DNA of 64,000 bases from Thalia democratica. Its lineage: Eukaryota. A model generated the notes under the pieces. It saw only the letters and a list, made by a program, of their open reading frames with translations, was not told the DNA's origin and made no database searches. A program made the position numbers and the translations under genes. Shown here in pieces: positions 25,681 to 37,573 of this stretch; within the stretch, counting starts at the first letter, position 1; each line of letters starts with the position of its first letter. The stretch covers positions 93,124,001 through 93,188,000 of the forward strand of contig OZ241826.1 in assembly GCA_965202585.1 (NCBI GenBank), given 5' to 3'.

Positions 25681-28600
25681 GTTTTTTTAATCGTTCAATA
25701 ATCTATATATTTTGACTAAATAGCTTCAGATTAAATTATTCAACAAAATGTAGCTTTAAAATTACTACTAAGATCCGTTTTATCTTAGAAAAACATTTTT
25801 TATTCTTGTTTTTTAAAGTAACTATTTTTATTCTTGTAAAGTTTAAAAAACAAATAATATTGATGCAAGTTATAGTTTATTGGTTAAAAATAAAAAAAAA
25901 CGATGAAATCAGATTATTTTAGTTTGTCATTGTTCGGTATCAAAAACCAGCTGAATCTGAAAATAATATAAATTTTAAAATTTATAAAATATGCAATGAA
26001 CACTGCTGTATAACTTAGTTTTTTAGTATGTTTTATTTATTTTTTATTCTCAAATGTTGTATTAAATGTTAATTAAATTTTGAACAGCAATACTTTATCT
26101 TCTAATAAGAAAATTTTTATTAAAAAAGTTTGAAAATTTAAGATGAAAATACTCAAATATTTTGTCATTTAGTTTAACATAGTAACATTTATTAATTGTA
26201 GAACAAACTTACATAGTGTCTGGAACGAGCTTAAGCTTGATCTGTGTAAAAAATAAGTTTTTAAGTTACTTAGGTTAATTTAATTTTTATTAATTAAACA
26301 GCTAAGGCCTAAAACTTAATTAATTCAAACATAACTCATTAAGCTTTACTTAAAAAAAGCTTACTTGATTTTTTTCAAAATAAATGTTAGTAAACAAAAC
26401 TCATAAATGTTTATACTGTTTTGAAATGTGTCTTTTATTCGATTAATAAACAATTTGAAATACTTAAAAAAGCCTAGAACTAGTGGTTCTCAATAAAAAA
26501 GTTTCAGTAAAATAGATAAAAATAATTATGCTGCATTTCTTACGGCAGATCTCGGCAACCTTACATTATTAATTACCAAGTTTTTTGTAAAAATTTGTTC
26601 GCTGGCAGTATCCAATAAAATAGTGCATTTTTTTACCAAAACTACGCAATAATAAATCACTAGTAGTTACTAATTATCAAAATAAGAGCCTAACGCAGTT
26701 TTTAACACAAAATATTTTGTATTGATTTACTGAAGTAAATCTAAACTGAAAAGTACACTAAGTGCCGCAGTATTCATTTGGAAAAATATCTCAAAAAAAC
26801 TACTAACCGTTGCTTACGTCACCATAGTAACCATGGTGATAATACCCGTGGTGGTAACCGTGGCGATATCCGTATCCGTAGTAGTAATCTGATTAAAAAT
26901 TATTATATTTTTGTTAATTTTTGTTTAAACTCAATATTTTGTGTCGCTAATACTTTCTACTTTAAATATTGTAGTAAATATGTTTTGTACAAAACAAAAA
27001 CATATTTGTTCAAATGTATTAAAATTAGTACAAATTGATATTTTTTGTTACTTTACATTTAAACTTTAAATGTTTGCTATTAAAATAACTTCAACTTTTG
27101 AACAAAGTAACAAGTATATAAAATATTTTTAATTAGTTGTAAATTAAATGTATACATAAAGTAAAATACTGAATAAAGTCAATTTAAAAAGGAAATGGTT
27201 ATATTGTATCATAAAAACATCATAAATATGTTGTATCAAAAATATACTTATAATCATAAAAACAAACCATCATTGTTGTTGTTGTCACCATAGTAATGAT
27301 GATGGTAATAAGGATGTCCGTATCCGTATCCATAATAGTAATCTGTTTTTGAATAATAATATTAAATTAAATCTATACATAGCACCACTTGACATGGTTA
27401 ATATAAAACTAAGTCTAAACATGAAAAAAAAATGGCTTAATAATCTCTCAATAAAAATTTAAGCATCATTGTAAAACAATTATCTAAAGTGGTAAAAACA
27501 AACACTTTTTATTGTTATTGCCACTATCTTCCTAAAACACATCAAGTTATAAATTAACAATGAAATAATTATACATTTGTATAAAACTTTCTTTGCATTC
27601 TTTTACAACAAATATAGAACATTTTTGGCGAAAAATACGAATAAAGTAAGCTTTCTGAGTATGGCAAAATAACATTAAAAACTATCGAGGTATTTAAAAT
27701 ACTTAGCTAAAAAAATTTAAAGTAAGTTTTTAAATTCAGTGATCATATTGTATCAACAAGACATACTTATAACTATAATAACAAACCATCGTTGTTGTTG
27801 TTGTCACCATAGTAATGATGATGGTAATAAGGGTGTCCGTATCCGTATCCATAATAGTTTGAAGTTAAACGTTATTTAAACTTTATGTATTTTTTTTTAA
27901 TTTAGCTTAAACATAAAGCCTGTTTTAAAAAATGAAAAATATTCTAAATTGCAAAATTAAATAACGTTGAGCGATTATCAAAATCGATTCATATAATTCA
28001 CTTATAGGGTTTATGAAAGAATAGTTTATAAGTATAACTTATTTCAAAATTTCTACTAAATACAAAAAAGTTGTGGTTGTTATTCTATTATAGTTTTTTT
28101 AAATGAAGAACGAATGAGAGTACTAAAAAGTATTTCTAAAGTACAGTTTTTTTAATCTTCTTACAAGTAAAAACAGTTTAAAAAATAGTTAAAATATTGA
28201 AAAATTAACTTTCTAAAAAAAAAAATATTAATAAACGATAACAAAGACATTGTAAAATAAATTAAAATATAATTCATTTTAAAGCTTTATATCTTAAATG
28301 AGAATGATTGCAATATAAACGTAAAACTTTGTATTAAAAAGTTTTAAAATAAGTGCGCTTAACTTAATGAAACAAAAACAATTATATTTTTTCGAAATCT
28401 TGATAGTTTGGAAAATTATTAAAGTAAAGTTTACTAGTACACAGTTTTGAAAGTCCACGTAAGTATTTGGTTCATCAAACTATTGCAACTAACTTTAAAC
28501 CGTAAAATTTAAAAAGTTAGTTTTTAAACAGTCTCCCTCAGCTAATAGTGTGAGTGGTTCTAAAATGTCTTTTTAACTCACAGTCTTTTTGTTCTTCATC

Positions 28601-28797
28601 ACCGAGAATGGCATGACCGATTCCTCTAACAGCACCAATTGCGTGATGAGCAACTCCAGCTACTCCTCTGATGGCATGGTGAATAAGTCCGAAGAAAACT
28701 GTTTGTTTTCGTTAAATTTTAAAAAAGTAAAAGTTCTATGTCAACACGTAACTATATTTATAATAATTTAATAAATTATTTTTACCACTTTATAACT

Positions 28798-29004
28798 GGG
28801 GCACATTCAAATCCACCCGCGTTTAAAATATACCCAGTCAAATTCGAAAACCGCTTACCATCGAGGGTAAGGATTAGAGGTAACAGTAAAAGTGAAAAAT
28901 AAATTAAAAAAATTAAAAAATGTATAAAATAAATGAATGATTAAAGAAAATAAAAAATAAAAATTGGGTGGATTTTGAACGCGGGTGGATTTTGATAGTA
29001 TACC
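28798..29004. mobile_element. MITE with ~40-bp TIRs and telomere-like internal motif, intronic
   Basis: Left CAAATCCACCCGCGTTTAAAATATACCCA versus right TGGGTGGATTTTGAACGCGGGTGGATTTTGATAGTATACC. Interior GAGGGTAAGGATTAG. Shared with 48497-48716. Confidence 0.7.
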
Positions 29005-29950
29005 TTTAAACTAACACAAAGATTTCGCTTTTGTATAATAAAAGGATTTAGTTTAGTTTTAAGTTTAAAGAAATATTTAACTTTAACTAAAATTTAAAGA
29101 AAGAAATTATTTTATCATTAAAATTAATTTTAATACAACCAGTAAAACGAATTTACATAATTAAATTTAAGATAAAACTAAAAAAAAAGCAAATGTTATT
29201 AGGTTGTTTATAACTCACAGTCTCTGTTGTTGTCATTCACTTTAAGTCCGTCCTTTACAAGTTGGTCCATAACTTTGTTTGCCATATCATTAACTGTTTT
29301 AAGTTGTATAATATAAAATCTTTATTTGATTTTAAGTAGTGTAAAACAGTATGTTTGTTTCGTGTATAAGTTTGTTTATATTATAGTGTTTATAAAGCAG
29401 TTTAAATAAAAAAATATGGTAAAAGTAAGAAATTATATTTTGACTTAAATAAATTAGTCTTTATTTAAAATCTTAAGTTTAAAACAATAACTGCTTAATT
29501 TAGTAAAACTTATTTAACTGAATAATGTTCTTGAATTTTATAAAACTTGTCTGCAAACAGTAGCTTTTTATTTTATGTTTCTTCGAAAAATAAATGTTGA
29601 GATTAAGTTAGGAAAGATCTTGTTGTGTAACTTAGTTAGACATGTTATTAAATTTAGGATTTTAAGACTAAAATAATATTTTAGTTTAACTTACTTTCTT
29701 CATCACCGAGTATGGCATGACCGATTCCTCTAACAGCACCAATTGCGTGATGAGCAACTCCAGCTACTCCTCTGATAGCGTGGTGAATAAGTCCGAAGAT
29801 GACTAAATTTAAAAATAATTTCAAATACATTTAAAAAGAGTATGCTACAAAATAGCACATGTATTTACACAATTAATAACTTTTATAAAATCTCGATTAT
29901 TTACTTACAGGTTGAATTAATATGTAATAATTTTAAACTTTAAAAAAGCT

Positions 29951-30519
29951 AAATTTAAATAAATATCACAGATGTTCTTGTGCTAAAACTTTATTCCGAC
30001 TAACGGCGTTTCACTGCTCTCAAATAAATTTAAGAACAGATCTACGGAGTCTATAAAATGTTAACACACATTAGAAAAAAAGCAGAAAAAAGCATGTATA
30101 ATTATGTATAGTGTTTATCTAGGTAGTAACTATAAATGGACTTTATGGTTTAAAAACAAAGTTTGGGATATTTTAAGTAAGTTTTAAGTTAGTTCCCAAA
30201 CTTTGTTTTTAAACCATAAAGTCCATTTATAGTTACTACCCCAAACTTTGTTTTTAAACCATAAAGTCCATTTATAGTTACTACCTAGATAAACACTATA
30301 CCTAATTATACATGCTTTTTTCTGCTTTTTTTCTAATGTGTGTTAACATTTTATAGACTCCGTAGATCTGTTCTTAAATTTATTTGAGAGCAGTGAAACG
30401 CCGTTAGTCGGAATAAAGTTTTAGCACAAGAACATCTGTGATATACATTCCGATAAGCTTATCAGGATCTCCAGGATTTAACGCCTTATAACGTTACATC
30501 TTATAAATTTAAATAAATA
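29951..30519. mobile_element. Palindromic insertion with 15-bp target-site duplication (retroelement, possibly Penelope-like)
   Basis: AAATTTAAATAAATA at 29951-29965 and 30505-30519. The paralog near 49665 has a single diverged copy. Arms 29963-30168 and 30194-30444, with a 45-bp direct duplication in the right arm. Confidence 0.75.
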
Positions 30520-31267
30520 GATTTTTCAAATCTTAATTAAATTCAGACTTAAATAAAATCAAATTGTCTTTGAAGTTACCAAATTCTTTTTATATTGTTA
30601 ATTTCAAAATTTTTAAGTATGCAAAAATTTTGATAATTTTCGCCTAGCATACTTTTAAACTCATAAAAGAACTAAAACTTAAATCATATTGTTTAAACAG
30701 TTTAAAAACTTACAATCGTTTTTAGACTTGCTGTCTTTAGATTGGAAAATATCCTCTACCATTTGTTTAGCTAAAACTTGAGCGACTAAAAATGAAAATA
30801 CAATTAAAAAACATAAGCATTTTAATGTAAATAAACAGCTAGTATTGTGACTAAAATCAAATAAGTTAAACATAAACTGCTGAGTTTTTATAATTTTGTC
30901 ACTGTAGAAGTATTTTATCACTGACAATCTTTTTGTTCTTCATCTCCAAGTATGGCATGACCGAGTCCTCTAACAGCACCAATTGCGTGATGAGCAACTC
31001 AGGCTACTCCTCTGATAGCATGGTGAATAAGTCCGAAGAGAACTAATTATTAAATATTTAGTCAAGAAATTAACTAAACCTAAAAAAAGTATTGATGTGT
31101 TAATATATATATAAATGCTTGTAAAAACATAATAGCTAAAAGATGACACAAGTTTATTTAAAACTAACAATCTCTGTTTTCTTTGTTGTCTTCCATATTT
31201 GCCTGTTTAAGAAGTTCATCTGTCATTTCTTTAGCCAATTTGTTGCCTGATTTAAACTTAATTAAAT

Positions 31268-31637
31268 AGCCAACGTTAAGAATTACGTTAATTCATTTTT
31301 AGATTTTCCTAAATATTATTTTAAGCTACATCAATAAGTTCAATTAAAAAGTAATGGAGCAAATATTATTCATCTTTTAAACTGTATCAAATAAATTTAA
31401 AATAAATTAGATTAGTTACTAAATATATATAGTCATAACGTTTTCTCAAATAGCTGTTTATTTACTCTAATCGTTTAGCTATTTAGAAGTTTTATTACAA
31501 CTTATTTTTAATTTGGTTTTGCTTCATAGTTTTTAGTTAAGCTATTAACTTCTTAAAAGCTAGAGTTTTTATTACTAATTATATGGAAAAGCATGTTAAC
31601 AATGTTTTACAAGTTACTGCTTCAAAAGAAAAAAAAA
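31268..31637 (+). repeat. Segment X copy (paralog of 7875-8245)
   Basis: Colinear match. Starts right at the truncation point of the peptide pseudogene. Confidence 0.85.
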
Positions 31638-32224
31638 TCCTGAGCATATTTTAATATATGCCTACAAGTTTATAAGAAAAACTACATAAACAAACAAAAG
31701 TAATATACTAAAATTCTAATAGCAATAAAATAAATACACAAACTAGCTAAAGTGTTTTAGCTTCTTTTAAGTACATCAGCTTCATTACTAGACTCTGCCC
31801 CATTACGAACAATCGTATCTCATGTTTCTTAAAAAAAGTGAGTTTAAAATGTAATACTTGTATAAAATAGTTACTTTTATAGTAAAACTGTAAGACACGA
31901 AATGCTATTTTGTATCTTAATTTTAAAAATTATTATTATTATAAATTTAGTATTACACGAACAAAACAGTGTCAACCCTGTTTGAAATTAAGTTCACAAC
32001 ACAAAGTAATATCGAAGTTTATTAACAGTGAATTAATTAAAATAACTAAAAAAACTAACATAATTCAGATTAAATGGAAAATTAAGTTTTAAACACTTTT
32101 AACAATTGTATAGAAAGTTGTTAAGGTATTAATGAATTATAAAAACCTATTTTTTATTGAGCGTTTTATCAATTCTTTATCTGCAATAAAAACATTGCAT
32201 TTAAAAAGAGTTAATATGAATTCT

Positions 32225-34021
32225 GTTCAGGCAAGTTACAAAGTAGCAAAAGTAATTACTAAAAAATAATTCCGTTTAGAGTTGAAAACGGATTTAGATA
32301 ATTTGTGTTGGAGTTATTAACATATTTTTGTTAGTTTTTCAATATTATCAAAAAGTCGTGTTTAGGAAACGTCTGAAATTTATTAAGCCGCATAAACCAA
32401 ATTAGGACTTAAATCAATTTGTTAAGATAAGGGAACTGATACAACAGATGTTGCTCATTTTAGAGTTTTTATTACAGGTGGTTTTACATTATGATGTTTT
32501 AGAAGTGTTTCTAGGTTTAGTTTCAATACAAAGCAAAGCAATGGGCATAGAAATTTTAAAAGCAAAGGTGCAATGCACGAATATAGAGACTTTAAAAGTA
32601 CAACTTTTTGCTTCTATTTTTAGTATAAAATTAAGGTAAAGGTAAAAATTAATGTCTTAAATAATATAGAAAAATTTAAAAGAAACTATTAAGCTACTTT
32701 AAAGGTGTTTTTTAATAAACAATATTTATATGGTAGATTTTTTTGAGTCAAATCGAAATTCTATTACCTTACATGTAAAAATTGTTTAAAATTCTAGGTT
32801 TTTTCGATAGTTTTCAAGTTTAAGGCTTTTTGAAATTTTTTAATTGTAAATTTTCAAATTCAAAGCTTTTCCGGAATTTTTCGGCAACACTTATTGTACA
32901 CATAAAATGTGCATTTAACAAAACATACATCATATATTTAATTTACCATTCTTTAAAGCAAAAATTCAGTCCGAGTGATCAAAACTTGCCTGATATTTTA
33001 GCATACAAGTCTTCAAATAGTCATAATCTGAGTGTGTGGCAATTTTTATTTGTATATTTGATGGAATTTGAACTATCATGATTAAAAGTTTATAAACTTA
33101 ATAAAATACCATTTCTCAATCTATACAGCAACTGTTTAAAGTAGTATGCAAGGCATAAAAATTAACTTATATTGCCAAAAAACATTTTTTTTTAAATCAA
33201 AAAGTATACTTAACAAAAACTTTTCAAGTTTATGTCATATGTATTATTTTAAATGTGTCTTTACACACTTAGATATTACATGTAGAAACAATAATTTTAG
33301 AATACTATGCATAAAATAAATTTTATCTCGTTAAGTATTAAATAATAAGTGTTTTAAAATATGAGCATCTTTGTTAATTAATGTGAGTAAGAATTAATTT
33401 AAAATGCTAAGAAAACTTCTAAGAAATCAATACGTCAAAACTTAAATAAAATTAACTTTATTTCTAATTACTATGTTTTTTTAAATGCTTTCGTGCACAC
33501 TAAAATATAGCATTTATTAATAAAACGTATGTAATAGAAACTTAGGTATATAAAGCGTGTAAAAAAAACTGTAAAGAAATGACATTTTAGTTAATTACTA
33601 TGCATTACTTTTGTACAAAACAAATATCGTTTGCATTTAGTTTATCTACTAAATAGGTATTGATTGACTATCTTACTAATTCAAAGCACTTTTTACACTC
33701 TATTTTCAGAAAATAATTTGCTGTTGTAAGAAGAAAATAATTATGAAATTGAGAAATAAAAAAAACCTGGTTGAATGCTAACCTGTCTTTTTCACATTTC
33801 TAAGCTAAATCAGTAAAGTCTTTTAATTCTATTAAAATGTTATACAGGAACTTAAAACTAAATTAATCAAACAAAATTAACTAAATAACATTTTTGCTCA
33901 GCGGGCCACATTTACATGCTTGCGGGCCGCAAAATTTTTCTTCGCGGGTCACATTCCGTTCAAAAAAATAACGTGCTCGTGGGCCGCATTTGCCCCGCGG
34001 GCCGCAGTTTGCCGACCCCTA
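32225..34021 (+). mobile_element. Decayed hAT (Buster/Charlie-type) transposon with transposase remnants
   Basis: Broken frames give VQASYKVAKVITKK (32225), DTTDVAHFRVFITG (about 32438) and EVFLGLVSIQSKAMGIEILKA, resembling hAT transposase motifs. Ends GCAGTTTGCCGACCCCTA at 34021, followed by TTATAACC (NNNTANNN). Confidence 0.75.
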
Positions 34022-34287
34022 TTATAACCTAAAATTCAAGTATTCACTAGTTTGCTAGTAGTATTGCTTATATTGTTTTATATGTTAGTTTAATATTATA
34101 TATATTTTTTACTTCTTAAGTTACTAAACAAGTTTTTAAGTACGTTTTTAGTACAAAATTCAGTTAATTTTCGTTAAGTCTTTTTTTATTTGATTTCGTT
34201 TAAATGATCGTTTTATTATTAAAGAATTAAGTATTTAAAATATTAAAAAAATCATGTTTAATAGCTCGTAAGAAACTTTATAAGCGT

Positions 34288-34357
34288 GTGGTGTACGAGT
34301 CGATAACCGAAAGGTTCCTTTGTACACCAGGTCTAAAGACCAAACTTTTTGAGCACT
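34288..34357 (+). repeat. Dispersed repeat family R1 copy
   Basis: GTGGTGTACGAGTCGATAACCGAAAGGTTCCTTTGTACACCAGGTCTAAAGACCAAA. Confidence 0.7.
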
Positions 34358-34377
34358 TTTTTATTGTTCAACACACA

Positions 34378-34409
<32 letters not shown>

Positions 34410-35927
34410 GTTAGATAACAATTCTTACCATTTTAAGTTTGAAATTGTTTTGTACTTGTTGAGATTTATTATTTTTATAAACATATAAGAGTTTAGAAGA
34501 AATTTGTAGTTCTTTTTATTTAACACAATACAAACTTAATTAGAACTCAAAAATTTCAATGTCTACTTTTACTACAACATTTTATTGATTTTCACGTGAA
34601 TTTCAACCATAAACAAGTTTTAATCAACTTGATTTAGTTTTTATACTCCCAATATTATTATTGCTTACGAGTAACTAATTTTCAACAACAACATTTATTT
34701 TTTTAAAGTTATTAAGTATTAAACGATAATGCTTAATTTTATTTACCACTAAACAGATTCCGGTATATTTTTTTCTCATTTTGGACATAATTAGTTTTAT
34801 ATTAATTTTTTAAGAATAATTAAAAGAAATAATATTTAAATTTACTTAGAACTTTATTAAATGAACACTTTTAAAACTGCTTAAAAATAATTTTAAATAG
34901 AAAAGTTAAAAACATTTTTTTTCAATCAAGCAAGTCTTTAAAACTTTTGTTTACATGGATTTATGAATAAATCATACCTTAATTAAGTGCAGAAGTTTTC
35001 AAGTTGTGTATACAGTAAGCGTTTTAAATTTTACACTTGGTTCTGTTTGAACCAGTTTTACAAAAAAGTTTTATTTTGTTAATTCGTAATTGATATATAC
35101 CACGATTTTAAATACTTAAATTGTCATACTTATATTACATTAACTCAAACCAAAACAATAATTTCTGATATATACAACCTTGTATGTAGTGTATAGTTAG
35201 TATGAGTTGTATTAGGTAAAAAAAGAAACAATTAAGTTTAGTGATATGTTTTTTATAAGTATTTTTTTATAAGTATTTTTTTACTTCATGTTATACAAAT
35301 ATGCCTTTGGTATGTACATTTCATTTGAGCCTAAAACTAAAAAACTTAATTTATTACTAATCAGTATTAAAGTTACTTTTGAAACTTTTTGTTTATGTAC
35401 AACAACTTTTAACTTTATATAACAAAACGCTTTTTAAATTTGTTAACTCATTGAAATCTTATACTCTACATCTTTTTAAGTAAGAATTTTTCATTTAATG
35501 ATGGAGGTTTAACGATTTAGTTTGTTAATTTTAAGTAAATAAAAAGTAATTAACTCATATAGGTTCAAGATTGATATAAGGTTTCGTAAAATAACAAAAA
35601 GTCACTAGTCAAATGCTTTTGTGCAATATAAAACTGTTAATATCTTTCAATAGAAAATAGTAAATACGCTTAATTTTACTAAAATTAATTTAAAAACCGT
35701 AGAATGTTTTTTTTTTTCAAATTAACTGTAAAATATTGTAAAAGAAAAAATACTTATTTCATTATGAAACTTTTTTTTTAATAATAAACTTTTCAGATTT
35801 ATTAGTGATATTTCTTACCTATCAGTTTGTAACTAGTTCTGTAGTCAAATTTTATGTGCTAAATTTTTTAGAAAAAATTAGCACAAGTAACTTTTCAGTC
35901 AATTGTATAAACAGCATTAAATAAGCA

Positions 35928-37573
35928 ATGCAACCGTTGAAAGATAGAGTGGAACTTTTTATAGAAAGTCATCCTAACTGTAGCAGTTTTTTATGTGGTC
36001 TCATCGAAAAGAGACAAGGCGAAATAAAGAATGAAACTGAGGATTTCGAAAACGGAAAGGTGCTTGAAAAGTCAATAAAGCTGTGTGGGTACGATGTGGG
36101 CAAGTTTCAAAAAATCAGCTCTTCCAGGATTCAAATGACCTGCTGAAGACCGATGATCCAGACTATGAGCTCCTTGAAAGTTCGATTAAAATCAAGGATG
36201 CTTCAGGCAACTCCAGCTTTGAACTGAACAGTAATAGCGAAGCTAAAAGTTTGAAGATATACAGAGTAGTGACAGCTGAAAAAACTTCAACAGGATCGAG
36301 TAGTTCAGATAGCACTCCGAAAACTCTTTTGCTTCATGGGACGAAAGCACGAAACGTAGAAGGAATCCTAAAGACCGGGTTCAATCCTTCTGAAAAAGGG
36401 CTTTTTGGACCCGGAGTGTATCTGACTGGCAGCTTCAGCGAAGCGTGCATCTACGCCGAGAGTTTTGCCACGGAAAGCAACATGACCAAAAGAATCAGAT
36501 ACTTTTTTGTTAACGGTGTGGAAATGTCTGAGAATGGTTCACAAGCTCTTCAAGGTATAAAATCTTTTCAAAAATATCAAAATTCAGATCCATCCGTGCA
36601 AGTTTTTGACTGTTCGACTAACAATGAAGATTCCGCACCAGACTTGTTTGATAGTCAACATAGAAAAATTTTGCACGGCAGTTTTCATAATACTGAACAA
36701 AAAATAGTGTTGGCTCATCACAGTTTAGTAGTTCCCGCTTATCTAAACGAGATTGAACTAAAAACCCATGTGGCCGAAATTGTTAATGGAACATTTTACA
36801 ACGGTGGTTTAAAATTGGGCAGATACTTAAAGGAAGGCGATTTTTATCAAAAAAGAAGCAGTATTCAAGATGAAGTTTCAGAATTTTCTTTTGATATGAT
36901 AGCAAAAGAGCTGGAAAAAGAAGTTAAAAGAAATTATTATGCAAAAATTGACAGGTTAAGTTCTCGATTAGAAGAAGATACCAACAGTATCATTAATCAG
37001 CTTTCTTTTAAATTTGGTAGCATTTTCGAATTGAAAAGTGACGAAAAAAGAAAATTCAGTACAGAGCTTGTGCAAAAAGGCAGTGATGACTACAACTTTA
37101 TTTCATGTTCATTCAGTTCTGCGAACGCATTTAAAATCAAACATCTGTATAGAGTCAACCCTACTGACAAAAACGAATTAGTTAGGTTGGCACATAAGTA
37201 CCTTTACCTAAACCTAGTGGAAAAAGATCAAGTAAAAAGCGTTTTGACAAGCGGTTATCCAGGAGCCAAGAAATCCGCAGGTATAAAAGGTGCGAAGTTA
37301 TATTTCGCTGCAACATATATAAATTATCGCAATAAAGAAGACTTCAGTTATTTTGAGGTAGATGGCACAGTAAAAAAGCTGCTGTTTGTGTTTGTGTCTG
37401 CCACTCAAGACGGTAATAACTACAATAATTTGGACATGAAAAAAGTTCAAGTTGTCGAGGATAGCAGAAAAAGTTTAGCCGTTAAAGGGTTGTTTGAACA
37501 TGAATACCTCGAAACTTTTATCAGTCTCGCTAATTTATTTCCAGCCTACTTAATTGTTTTTGAGTTAGAATAA
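35928..37573 (+). pseudogene. Tandem PARP-like gene, copy 3, frameshifted
   Basis: ATG at 35928. Relative to copies 1 and 2 there is a 1-nt insertion (about 36106-36116) and an 8-nt deletion (ACAAACTC, after 36136), net -1 frame. This explains the split ORFs 35928-36146 and 36083-37573. Confidence 0.8.

Larger units (their letters stand above)
26803..31246 (-). pseudogene. 5'-truncated, disabled copy of the His-rich peptide polyprotein gene
   Basis: Exons 31246-31169, 31042-30926, 30785-30714, 29802-29695, 29293-29219, 28698-28582, 28541-28530, 27858-27787, 27342-27268, 26888-26808. No signal-peptide exon. TGA at 30999-31001 replaces GGA, and the acceptor AG is mutated to AA at 27859-27860. 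Confidence 0.85.
21070..31262 (+). repeat. Segmental duplication, copy A (about 10 kb)
   Basis: Colinear with 40860-50425 across the orphan ORF, intergenic DNA, the foldback element and the peptide-gene exons and introns. Confidence 0.9.

Noticed and set aside
30679-30927. Stand-alone small hydrophobic ORFs 30679-30927 and 49839-50087
   Set aside because: Only the 72-nt AQVLAKQ...KND part is an exon. The hydrophobic part is T-rich intron, and the third homolog (53683-53754) does not conserve it.
30999-31001. TGA as selenocysteine in a peptide exon
   Set aside because: All ten other copies have GGA, the copy has other disabling lesions, and no SECIS was recognised.
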